Of a stretch of 64,000 nt of DNA, positions 55,610-64,000 are shown in pieces (positions within the stretch are counted from its first letter, which is position 1; each line of letters starts with the position of its first letter). The stretch covers positions 16,720 through 80,719 of the forward strand of contig CAYPHL010000002.1 of NCBI GenBank assembly GCA_964410385.1, given 5' to 3'. The stretch comes from an uncultured Rikenellaceae bacterium (lineage in GTDB: Bacteria; Bacteroidota; Bacteroidia; Bacteroidales; VadinHA17). The notes under the pieces are model-generated. The model did no database searches. It was not told where the DNA came from and was given only the letters and a program-made list of their open reading frames with translations. The translations under genes and the position numbers were made by a program.

Positions 55610-57430
55610 ATGAATAAGATAAAGTTACTCCTTAAATATATTGCACCTTATAAATGGCAGGCTTTTTACAGCGTGGTCTTCAATATTCTCAGCGCTGTTT
55701 TTGCCCTGATTTCATATACACTTGCCATTCCTTTCCTGAAAGTCATGTTCAACAGGGTCGATGTAATTCCTCATCCGGGAGAATTCCAGATGACTATCGA
55801 TTACGTTAGCTCAGCCGTAAAATACCTGCTCTCGCTTTTCATTGACCGCCACGGGCAGTCGGGTGCACTTCTGATCATAAGCATTGTCTTTGTTGTTGCC
55901 AGCCTTCTTAAAAACGGATTCATCTTTCTAGCCAACAACAGTATGGCATACCTGAGATCCTATACCGTACGGGACCTCAGGAAAAAAATGTACGATAAGG
56001 TACTTAAGCTTCCATTATCATATTTTACAGACGCTCGTAAGGGTGATATCATGACGAGGTTATCCAATGATGTCCAGGAAATCGAGGTTTCTGTAATGTC
56101 CTCCCTTACAATGCTTTTCAGGGATCCGATGTATATAATTATTTTCGTGATCTACCTGTTTATAAGCAGCTGGCAACTTACAATATACGCATTGCTTCTT
56201 CTGCCGGTTAGCGGCTGGCTGATCGGAAGGGTAAGCAGAACATTAAGATCTTCATCACTGGTACAGCAACAACAGCTCGGAAAACTTTTGTCAGTTGTTG
56301 AGGAGACACTTACGGGTCTCAGAATAGTGAAGGGATTTAATGCCGAAAAGAAGATGCAGGGGCAGTTCAGGACTATTAACGAGAAATACACTAAAATATT
56401 CCGCCGTGTGATCCGCAAATATTACCTCGCATCACCACTGAGCGAATTCCTCTCTACCATGGTGGTAATGGCTCTGATGTACCTTGGCGGCTTACTTGCA
56501 CTTAAAGGCGATACCAATATGACACCCGACAGCCTGATCGCATATCTGATAATCTTCTCCCAGATAATTCCTCCCGCAAAGAACATCACAACGGCATGGT
56601 TCAGCGTACAGAAAGGTATGGCTTCAATCGACAGGGTTGACCAGGTACTGGAAGCGGAGGAAAAGATAATGCAAAAGGAAAATGCAGTCAGGGTAAGGGA
56701 ATTCAGGGATAAAATTGAATTCAAAGGCGTATGGTATGGGTATAATGACGAACCTGTACTTAAGGATATTAACCTGACGATAAAGAAAGGCCAGACAGTA
56801 GCAATTGTCGGAAAATCAGGAGCCGGTAAATCAACACTTGCCGACCTGCTACCACGGTTCATCGATACGGATAAAGGAAATATACTGATCGACGGAGTGG
56901 ATATAAGGGACATGAACATTACCGACCTCAGGAGCCTGATGGGCATAGTAAGCCAGCATCCAATCCTTTTTAATGCCTCATTCACCGAAAATATTGCCTT
57001 TGGCTCAGACTCTCCCGATACTGGGGATGTTGAAAATGCAGCACGGATTGCAAATGCACACGATTTCATAACCGAAACCGAACAAGGGTATGAAAATAAT
57101 GTAGGAGAATCAGGAAATAAGCTCAGCGGCGGCCAGAAACAAAGAATCAGTATTGCCAGAGCTATTTTGACCAATCCGCCAATACTGATCCTTGACGAAG
57201 CAACTTCAGCGCTCGACACGGAGTCGGAACGGCTTGTACAGGACGCAATTCTGAAGCTTATGGAAAACAGAACATCTGTGGTCATAGCTCACAGACTTTC
57301 AACAATCCAGCATGCCGACCTTATTGTGGTGCTTGACGACGGGATGATTGTGGAACGGGGCACACATGCTGAGCTGATGAATAAGGAAGATGGTTTTTAT
57401 GCCCGGCTGCGGAGCTATCAGGCGATATAG
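55610..57430 (+). CDS. ABC transporter, fused permease/ATPase (MsbA-like exporter)
   Basis: Six-helix TMD, then Walker A GKSGAGKST, signature LSGGQKQR and Walker B ILILDEATSALD. Confidence 0.9.
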   Translation: MNKIKLLLKYIAPYKWQAFYSVVFNILSAVFALISYTLAIPFLKVMFNRVDVIPHPGEFQMTIDYVSSAVKYLLSLFIDRHGQSGALLIISIVFVVASLLKNGFIFLANNSMAYLRSYTVRDLRKKMYDKVLKLPLSYFTDARKGDIMTRLSNDVQEIEVSVMSSLTMLFRDPMYIIIFVIYLFISSWQLTIYALLLLPVSGWLIGRVSRTLRSSSLVQQQQLGKLLSVVEETLTGLRIVKGFNAEKKMQGQFRTINEKYTKIFRRVIRKYYLASPLSEFLSTMVVMALMYLGGLLALKGDTNMTPDSLIAYLIIFSQIIPPAKNITTAWFSVQKGMASIDRVDQVLEAEEKIMQKENAVRVREFRDKIEFKGVWYGYNDEPVLKDINLTIKKGQTVAIVGKSGAGKSTLADLLPRFIDTDKGNILIDGVDIRDMNITDLRSLMGIVSQHPILFNASFTENIAFGSDSPDTGDVENAARIANAHDFITETEQGYENNVGESGNKLSGGQKQRISIARAILTNPPILILDEATSALDTESERLVQDAILKLMENRTSVVIAHRLSTIQHADLIVVLDDGMIVERGTHAELMNKEDGFYARLRSYQAI

Positions 57431-57620
57431 AGGGACGGGGAGACGAAGGGAGAGTGGGAGATTAGGAGAGTGGGGGAGAGGGAGATGAGGAGAGAGTGGG
57501 TTGAGAAAAATGGGAGATGAGGAGAAGGGGAGATGAGGAGAATGGGAGAAGAGGAGTTGGGAGGTGAGAGATGAGTAACGGGCAAAGAATCCCTTCCGGG
57601 GAGGGGAAAGGGTTGGGTTA
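57431..57620. repeat. purine-rich (G/A) degenerate tandem-repeat block with G-tracts
   Basis: Starts right after the TAG at 57428-57430. Repeating gggagatgaggagaa-type units of roughly 15-16 bp. Contains GGGacGGGGagacgaaGGGagagtGGG (57432-57458). Confidence 0.85.
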
Positions 57621-57651
57621 AGTGTAGTATATAATTAATAAATAATTCATT

Positions 57652-59472
57652 ATGACCAGAAAAAGCATTCAGATTTTATTTGTTTTGATATTTATCCTGT
57701 TGCCGGTGTCACTTATGGCCCAGAAAGCAAAACATACATTTAGATTCAGTGCGACTGAATTTCTGCTTGATGATCTGCCTTACCAGATCATTTCCGGTGA
57801 ACTGCATCCGGCAAGGATCCCTGCAGAATACTGGAAGCACAGGATAAAAATGGCAAAAGCCATGGGATGCAATACAATTTCAGCTTATATTTTCTGGAAT
57901 TTCCACGAAAGTGAAGAAGGGGTATTTGATTTCACAAAAGACAACCATAACCTGGCTCAGTTCATAAAGACTGTCCAGGATGAAGATATGTGGCTCATCC
58001 TCAGGCCCGGTCCATATGTATGTGCTGAATGGGAACTGGGAGGTATACCTCCTTATCTTCTTCGCATACCGGATATAAAACTGAGATGTATGGATCCGCG
58101 CTATATGGCTGCAGCAGAAAGGTATATCGCCCGGCTGGCCGAAGAGATCAGACCTTATCTAATAACAAGAGGCGGACCTATACTAATGATCCAGATCGAA
58201 AATGAATATGGCAGCTTTGCGAATGACAGGAATTATTTGCAAAAGCTCAAAGAGCTCTGGGCTTCAAACGGTATAGATGTTCCTACATTTACGGGAGACG
58301 GAGCTACTCCTTATATGCTTGAAGCAGGTACTCTTCCGGGAAGCGCCGTTGGACTGGACCCGGGTAGCTCTGCTGCCGACTTTGAACTGGCTGCCAGAAT
58401 GAATCCCGGAGTTCCGGTTTTCAGCAGCGAGACTTATCCCGGCTGGCTTACCCATTGGGGTGAAAGCTGGGCACGCCCCGATACAGCAAGACTTATGAAA
58501 GAGGTTAAGTTCCTGATGGATAACCGTAAGTCTTTTAATTTCTATGTTATTCACGGTGGAACAAACTTCGGATTCACGGCCGGAGCCAATTCCGGAGGTA
58601 ATGGCTATGAACCTGATGTGACCAGTTATGATTATGATGCTCCGATTAATGAACAGGGCCGGCCAACATACAAATACCATGCACTGAGAAAGCTTATTGG
58701 ATCCTATCTTCCAAAAAAAGGAAAATTACCTGATATCCCCGATACAATACCTGCCATTGAGATACCGCTTATCTTCCCGACAAGATTTACTTCGGTCTGG
58801 GATAACCTTCCTCAGCCTGTTAATTCAGTAACTCCAAACAGTTTCGAGGCCTACGGTCAGGATTATGGTTTTATACTGTATCAGACAGAACTTATCGGAC
58901 ATAAAAAAGGAAAACTAACAGTAACCGATATACATGATTATGCTATCGTGTTTCTGAACGGGGAATATATCGGACGCCTCGACCGCAGAGAAGGGATCAA
59001 TACGATCGACCTGCCCGAAACAAAGTCTGAAAAACCTGTTCTCGAGATTCTGGTTGAAGGAATGGGACGTATAAATTTTGCCCAGCATCTTATTGACAGA
59101 AAGGGAATAACGGAACGCGTTACATTGAACGGAATGACACTTATGAATTGGAAGATTTATAAACTTCCAATGGACTGGAAATACATTTACGATCTGCGCT
59201 CATCAGGGAAAGTATTGAATAAACCCGGTATCTTCTTTAAAGGAAATTTCTCACTGGCAATTACGGGCGATACTTATTTCGACCTTTCAAACTATAAGAA
59301 GGGGATCGTCTGGGTAAATGGACATAACCTGGGCCGGTACTGGGAAATAGGTCCTCAGAAAAGACTATTCTGCCCCGAGTCTTACCTTCGGACAGGATTG
59401 AATGAAATCTTAATTTTTGACCTGCATCTGACAGAACCTAAGCCACTTCCGGCATTGAGGACACTGGAATAA
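57652..59472 (+). CDS. GH35 beta-galactosidase (secreted)
   Basis: Signal peptide. NTISAYIFWNFHE and the catalytic region MIQIENEYG. Confidence 0.9.
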   Translation: MTRKSIQILFVLIFILLPVSLMAQKAKHTFRFSATEFLLDDLPYQIISGELHPARIPAEYWKHRIKMAKAMGCNTISAYIFWNFHESEEGVFDFTKDNHNLAQFIKTVQDEDMWLILRPGPYVCAEWELGGIPPYLLRIPDIKLRCMDPRYMAAAERYIARLAEEIRPYLITRGGPILMIQIENEYGSFANDRNYLQKLKELWASNGIDVPTFTGDGATPYMLEAGTLPGSAVGLDPGSSAADFELAARMNPGVPVFSSETYPGWLTHWGESWARPDTARLMKEVKFLMDNRKSFNFYVIHGGTNFGFTAGANSGGNGYEPDVTSYDYDAPINEQGRPTYKYHALRKLIGSYLPKKGKLPDIPDTIPAIEIPLIFPTRFTSVWDNLPQPVNSVTPNSFEAYGQDYGFILYQTELIGHKKGKLTVTDIHDYAIVFLNGEYIGRLDRREGINTIDLPETKSEKPVLEILVEGMGRINFAQHLIDRKGITERVTLNGMTLMNWKIYKLPMDWKYIYDLRSSGKVLNKPGIFFKGNFSLAITGDTYFDLSNYKKGIVWVNGHNLGRYWEIGPQKRLFCPESYLRTGLNEILIFDLHLTEPKPLPALRTLE

Positions 59473-59638
59473 CGGAAGAGTGTGGAATGGGGGTTAAAAG
59501 GAGAGGGGGTGAAAAGGAGAAGGGGTGAAAAGGAGAAGAGGAGACTAAGAGCCGCAAAACCGCAAAGCCGAAACGCCGCAAAGCCGTAAAACCGCAAAGC
59601 CGCATAGCCGCATAGCCGCAAAGCTGCAAAGACTAAGA
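59473..59638. repeat. bipartite array: purine-rich ~16-bp repeats (59473-59551), then CCGCAAAG 8-bp units x10 (59552-59630) flanked by ACTAAGAG
   Basis: ggggtgaaaaggagaa repeats, then ccgcaaaa ccgcaaag ccgaaacg ccgcaag ccgtaaaa ccgcaaag ccgcatag ccgcatag ccgcaaag ctgcaaag. ACTAAGAG occurs at 59544-59551 and 59631-59638. Confidence 0.9.
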
Positions 59639-59667
59639 GTCAGAATTATAAAATAAAAACCTTTAAG

Positions 59668-60849
59668 ATGACGATAAGAAATTTGTCAGTTACTTTTCTT
59701 CTGATAGTGTTAGCAGGCTGCAGTTCAGGAAGAAGTCAGAAGAATAAATCAGAAGAACAAAAGTGGTCGGTAAGAATGGCTAATACAGTCATGACGCAGG
59801 CAGACAGTCTTATCCGTTACGTCAGCGGGAAACCGAAATGGGCTTATGATGTTGCATTCCTTGGAATGGCAATTGACAGACTGGGAAATGAAGATCCAAA
59901 ATATTCAAAGTATATGGAGGATTGGGTCAATTATTTTGTTCATGACGACGGATCAGTCACTGATTACAGGCTTGAGGAATATAACCTTGACAGGATCTTT
60001 CCCGGAAGGAATGTTCTGACTGTTTATAAAAGGAACCCCCGGCAAAAATATAAGATAGCTCTGGATAATTTTATAAAACAACTTGAGACACATCCCAAAA
60101 CTAATTCCGGTGGTTACTGGCATAAGAAGATCTACCCCTGGCAGATGTGGCTCGATGGTATATTCATGGGTTCGACCTTTATGGCCGCATATGCCAGGGA
60201 ATTCAACCAGCCTGAATGGTTTGATGTTGCTGCCCGGCAGACAAAAATGATCTATGAGAAAACACTGGATCCCGGAACCGGACTTCTGATGCATGCCTGG
60301 GATGAAAGCAGGGAACAAAAATGGTGTGATCCTCAGACCGGGAAGTCACTTTATCCCTGGAGCCGCGCTACAGGCTGGTATCTGATGGCCATAATGGATA
60401 TCCTTGAATATCTTCCGGCTGATCATCCCGACAGGAATGGACTTATTTCTATCCTTCAGAAAACAAGTGATGCACTCCTTAAGGTCAGGGATCCGGATTC
60501 GGGTATATGGTTCCAGGTACTGAACCATGGAGGGAGAGAAGGAAATTACCTGGAGGGATCAGGTTCGGCAATGTTCACATACGTATTCGCAAAAGGAGCC
60601 AGGCTGGGATACCTTGACCAGAAGTACAGGGAAATCGCTGAATCTGCATTCGACAGCATCCTTAAGGAACTTATAACTGTTAACGAGAAGGGACTTGTAA
60701 CCATACATAATATATGCGGGGGTTGCGGATTAGGTGGGAATCCTTACCGCGACGGATCATACGAATATTACATTAATGAAAAGCGGTTCGACAACGACAC
60801 CAAGGGAGTCGCTCCGTTTATTCTCGCAGCACTGGAACTTGACAGATAG
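59668..60849 (+). CDS. GH88/GH105-family unsaturated (rhamno)galacturonyl/glucuronyl hydrolase lipoprotein
   Basis: Lipobox LAGCSS. WQMWLDGIFMG, HAWDES and WSRATGW motifs typical of the YteR/UGL fold. Confidence 0.85.
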   Translation: MTIRNLSVTFLLIVLAGCSSGRSQKNKSEEQKWSVRMANTVMTQADSLIRYVSGKPKWAYDVAFLGMAIDRLGNEDPKYSKYMEDWVNYFVHDDGSVTDYRLEEYNLDRIFPGRNVLTVYKRNPRQKYKIALDNFIKQLETHPKTNSGGYWHKKIYPWQMWLDGIFMGSTFMAAYAREFNQPEWFDVAARQTKMIYEKTLDPGTGLLMHAWDESREQKWCDPQTGKSLYPWSRATGWYLMAIMDILEYLPADHPDRNGLISILQKTSDALLKVRDPDSGIWFQVLNHGGREGNYLEGSGSAMFTYVFAKGARLGYLDQKYREIAESAFDSILKELITVNEKGLVTIHNICGGCGLGGNPYRDGSYEYYINEKRFDNDTKGVAPFILAALELDR

Positions 60850-60872
60850 AGTTGTTAGAAATAAAAATTACT

Positions 60873-62918
60873 ATGAATAGCGTACGGATTCTGCTCTTTG
60901 GTCTGGTTATATCGTTATTTTTCAGTTGTAACAGGATCAGATATACTGAGGTATTGCTGCGTGATGATTTTTCCAATCTGGATACCGGCCTTTTCTCTGC
61001 TCCGGTCGGTCCTCATACCGAGTATCATTACCTTGCTGAGGCCGGTAAAAGAGGAAACTGGGAAGTCACCAGCTTTGCATCCGGAACAGGTTGGGGAACC
61101 GCATGGCAGGTAAAAAACCAGGGCAGCGGAAATGCAATGTACCAGACGATGTATAATAAATCAAACCGGTCAACACATCCTATGATCATATCAGGCGATT
61201 CATTATGGAAAGATTACAAAGTGACTGTAAAATTTTCCCCTGAGGATGATTCACAATATACAGGAATTGCATTCAGATATTTAAATGACCGTTGCTTTTA
61301 CTTCTTCGGTATAAAGGACTCACTCGCATATATTTCTTTCTTTAAGCACGGACTCACGTTCAACAAGCTTAATGAAACGGTTCTTGCTTCAAAACCATTT
61401 ATTTTTTCCCCGGGAGAGGAGCTGACAGCAACAGTAATGTTGACCGGAAACAAAATAAGTGCCTCGCTTAATGACAAAATTCAGCTCGATATAACTGATA
61501 ATACATTCAGTCACGGGAAAATTGGTCTGGTTTCAAATACGAAAACCGTATACCGATCGGTCGAAGTTCTTACATCAAAAGATGAAGTTAAGGCAATTAG
61601 AACAGGACTGGCGGCCATAGAATCTGAATTCAGGAAGCTTCAGGATTCGAATCCCGAAATGGTGGTCTGGAAGAAGATAAAAACGCCGGGATTCGGGGTA
61701 GGGCGTAATCTCAGGTTTGGCGATCTCGACGGAGACGGCGTTACTGATGTTCTGATCGGCCAGGTAATTCATCATGCATGGCCGCGGGACAGCCACAGCG
61801 AGTTAAGCTGCCTCACAGCAGTAACCTTTGACGGAAAGATCCTCTGGCAAACAGGTAAACCTGATCCTGAAAAGAACCATCTGACGAATGACGTGGGGTT
61901 CCAGATTATCGACCTTGATAACGACGGTGATAATGAGGTCGTTTATTGTATGAATTTTGAAATAATTGTTGCCGATGCCTCTACAGGAAAAACTAAAATT
62001 AAAACACCGACACCAAAATCGAAGATTGAAAATGACCGTTTCAGTCAGATACTCGGGGATTGCCTGTTCTTTTTCGATGCTGAAGGAAAAGGATGGGATT
62101 CCAATATCCTGATAAAAGACCGTTATACAAATTTCTGGGTTCTGGATAACAGTCTGAGATTGTTATGGGAAGGTAGCTGTAAAACCGGCCATTACCCTTA
62201 TGCCCTCGATACGGATAAGGATGGCAGGGATGAACTGGCTATAGGATATTCACTCTATGATGATGACGGAACACAATTGTGGTGTCTGGATGACAAAATA
62301 GAAGATCATTCCGATGGAGTCGCGGTAGTTGACTTTGACCTAAGCGATAAAACCGAACCTGCTATAATGTATTCAGCCAGTAATGCCGGATATCTAAGAG
62401 TTGAACTGACAGGTAATATACTGAGACGCTATCTTATTGGACACGTACAGAATCCTGCCGTTGCAAATTTCAGGGACGATTTGCAGGGCCTGGAGACTGT
62501 TACTATCAATTTCTGGGGCAATCAGGGAATTATCCACTTTTTTGACCAGGATGCAAAGATCTACCACGATTTCGAACCGAACCAGTTCGGAAGTATGTGC
62601 CTGCCTCTGAACTGGACAGGAAATGGCGAGGAATACTTTATCCATAATGCTAACATCAGAGAAGGCGGAGTTTATGACGGATGGGGCAGGAGAGTGATGC
62701 AATTCCCTGATGACGGACATCCCGATATGTGCAATGCTGTCCTGGATATCACAGGCGACTGCCGCGATGAAATTGTTGTATGGAATCCTGAAGAATTATG
62801 GATTTATACCCAGAGCGATAATCCTAAATCCGGGAAACTTTATAAACCGTTAAGAAATCCTCTTTACAATTATTCAAACTACCAGGCAACAGTTTCTCTG
62901 CCGGGATGGAGTGAATAA
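60873..62918 (+). CDS. lipoprotein with an N-terminal concanavalin/DUF1080-like domain and an FG-GAP/PL11-like beta-propeller
   Basis: I prefer ATG 60873 (MNSVRILLFGLVISLFFSC lipobox) over the track's TTG 60852. Repeated Ca-binding-like DLDGDGVTD, DLDNDGDNE and DTDKDGRDE motifs. Confidence 0.6.
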   Translation: MNSVRILLFGLVISLFFSCNRIRYTEVLLRDDFSNLDTGLFSAPVGPHTEYHYLAEAGKRGNWEVTSFASGTGWGTAWQVKNQGSGNAMYQTMYNKSNRSTHPMIISGDSLWKDYKVTVKFSPEDDSQYTGIAFRYLNDRCFYFFGIKDSLAYISFFKHGLTFNKLNETVLASKPFIFSPGEELTATVMLTGNKISASLNDKIQLDITDNTFSHGKIGLVSNTKTVYRSVEVLTSKDEVKAIRTGLAAIESEFRKLQDSNPEMVVWKKIKTPGFGVGRNLRFGDLDGDGVTDVLIGQVIHHAWPRDSHSELSCLTAVTFDGKILWQTGKPDPEKNHLTNDVGFQIIDLDNDGDNEVVYCMNFEIIVADASTGKTKIKTPTPKSKIENDRFSQILGDCLFFFDAEGKGWDSNILIKDRYTNFWVLDNSLRLLWEGSCKTGHYPYALDTDKDGRDELAIGYSLYDDDGTQLWCLDDKIEDHSDGVAVVDFDLSDKTEPAIMYSASNAGYLRVELTGNILRRYLIGHVQNPAVANFRDDLQGLETVTINFWGNQGIIHFFDQDAKIYHDFEPNQFGSMCLPLNWTGNGEEYFIHNANIREGGVYDGWGRRVMQFPDDGHPDMCNAVLDITGDCRDEIVVWNPEELWIYTQSDNPKSGKLYKPLRNPLYNYSNYQATVSLPGWSE

Positions 62919-63030
62919 AGAATTTTTTTCAGGATGAAGGTGGAAGTTATTCTATAAGATATCCCCTTTTGAGTGGCAAAATAAGGGGCCGGGTGGAAAG
63001 GAAAGATTGTCTGGGCAATAAAGCGTTTTC

Positions 63031-63459
63031 TTAATCTATCTTGTATATTCGTTTCATATCAGCTACTGAGGCGCTAATTATCTTTTTGAGCACAGAAGGA
63101 TTGATATCTTCAAGCTTATTGATATAAATACAGGATCCGGAACTTACTTTGAATTTACCAAGCTGACTTAAGAGATCTTTATAATTGCTGACACCTGACA
63201 TGATGTAAAATGCTATATGTTGTTTTCTTGGTGAAAATCCGATCAGAGGCCAGTCACCTTCCTGGCTGCTACGTTCGGATTTATAATGATATGTTCCGTA
63301 ACCAATCATGTTGTTATTCCAAAGGTTGGACTTCTCTTTAATTGTGCTATCGAAGATTTTCTTCAGTTCAATACTGTCTGTTCTTTTCTTTTCAGGCTCA
63401 ACACTCAGGAGAAATGTATCAACATCCTGTTCGATGGGTTTAGTTTTTATTGTACTCAT
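63031..63459 (-). CDS. DUF1801 (YdhG-like) domain protein
   Basis: 142 aa. VDTFL...MIGYGTYHYKS...FSPRKQHIAFY pattern typical of DUF1801. Confidence 0.6.
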   Translation of the reverse strand: MSTIKTKPIEQDVDTFLLSVEPEKKRTDSIELKKIFDSTIKEKSNLWNNNMIGYGTYHYKSERSSQEGDWPLIGFSPRKQHIAFYIMSGVSNYKDLLSQLGKFKVSSGSCIYINKLEDINPSVLKKIISASVADMKRIYKID

Positions 63460-63471
63460 ATTTGCAATTTA

Positions 63472-64000
63472 TTAATTATCATTTATCAATTTGCCTATAC
63501 CTGTTATTTTTGAGTTTATGGATGGATTTCCTTTGTAATAGACATATCCAACACCTGTTAAAGTTACATTAAGATCATTGAGGACATGTACTTTACAATC
63601 ACCTACACCTGTTAATGTAATGTTGCAGGTATTAACTTTCATCTCATATGCATTAATATTACCAACACCTGTGAGCCTGACTGTTAAAACGTTCTGGTCA
63701 TTACCCGATAATTCAAAATCTCCTACGCCTGTTAATTCAATATCTATTATTTCAGGTATGGTGATTTCGAATCTTATATCTTCATAATCTTCAATAGTCA
63801 CATTTTTATCAAGTCCAATTTTCAAGGACTGATTAACAACCTCATATGTCATCACATCAATTATATTTTGTTGTGCCTTGAGAACGACTGATTGAGTACT
63901 TCCAATGGTTATGTAAAAATCAGCCATACCGGTATTTGCAATCTTGTTAAAAGATGATAAATCAAGAGTCTTGATCACTATCGGACCTGTTCCAATAACT
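63472..64000 (-). CDS. GIN-domain (DUF2807) putative adhesin-head protein, 5' end beyond the window
   Basis: Repeated LTGVGD/LTGVGN beta-helix-like motifs. The reading frame stays open upstream of the track's GTG (63978) to base 64000. Confidence 0.7.
   Translation of the reverse strand, partial: VIGTGPIVIKTLDLSSFNKIANTGMADFYITIGSTQSVVLKAQQNIIDVMTYEVVNQSLKIGLDKNVTIEDYEDIRFEITIPEIIDIELTGVGDFELSGNDQNVLTVRLTGVGNINAYEMKVNTCNITLTGVGDCKVHVLNDLNVTLTGVGYVYYKGNPSINSKITGIGKLINDN

Noticed and set aside
56422-57285. 287-aa ORF antisense to the ABC transporter ATPase domain. Similar cases are 13433-14110, 51049-51495 and other long antisense ORFs.
   Set aside because: The sense strands carry unambiguous Walker A/B, phosphoesterase and DinB motifs. 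The antisense ORFs are low-complexity Ser/Ile/Phe-rich shadows.
2833-59638. Possibility that the repeat arrays are CRISPR arrays
   Set aside because: The period is only 7-8 bp with no unique spacers, the units are degenerate, and no cas genes are present.
60852-60872. TTG start at 60852 for the FG-GAP protein
   Set aside because: The ATG at 60873 gives a textbook lipoprotein signal (MNSVRILLFGLVISLFFSC). The TTG extension adds seven residues ahead of it and starts only 2 nt after the previous stop.

Overview
This is a contiguous chromosomal segment with the gene content of an anaerobic Bacteroidota-type genome: lipoprotein and TAT signal peptides, DUF3127, DUF4956 and GIN-domain proteins, a GH35/GH105 pectin side-chain cluster, and a TAnnTTTG-like promoter element. 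I see no rRNA, tRNA, CRISPR array, transposase or integrase. About 60 CDSs can be supported. Housekeeping genes include purL, purB, tkt, dinB, mnmD, mqnA-like, an FKBP isomerase and an MsbA-like ABC exporter.

The main content is redox and H2 metabolism.
- 3076-8120: a five-gene Hdr-like cluster (HdrC/HdrB/HdrA/HdrC2 plus a membrane-anchored HdrD-like fusion).
- 23430-36442, minus strand: an 18-gene operon joining a sulfhydrogenase-beta/gamma-like NAD(P)H module, a group-4 [NiFe]-hydrogenase core and a complete MrpA-G-ordered antiporter module.
- 36631-41861: a divergent rex-hypFCDE unit, with a good Rex-box palindrome directly in front of the hydrogenase operon.
- 44305-47748: a trimeric NuoE/NuoF/[FeFe]-hydrogenase operon. 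Its HydB-like subunit is minimal, and its HydA has TSCSPGW in place of the canonical TSCCPxW H-cluster motif.

The gene track does not explain one non-coding signal. At least nine intergenic gaps, two of them inside the hydrogenase operon, are filled with GC-rich elements. Most are strand-asymmetric, degenerate 7-8 bp tandem-repeat arrays, often bipartite and often starting exactly at a stop codon. One is a pair of REP-like hairpins. All calls come from reading the sequence and ORF translations by eye, with no database search.
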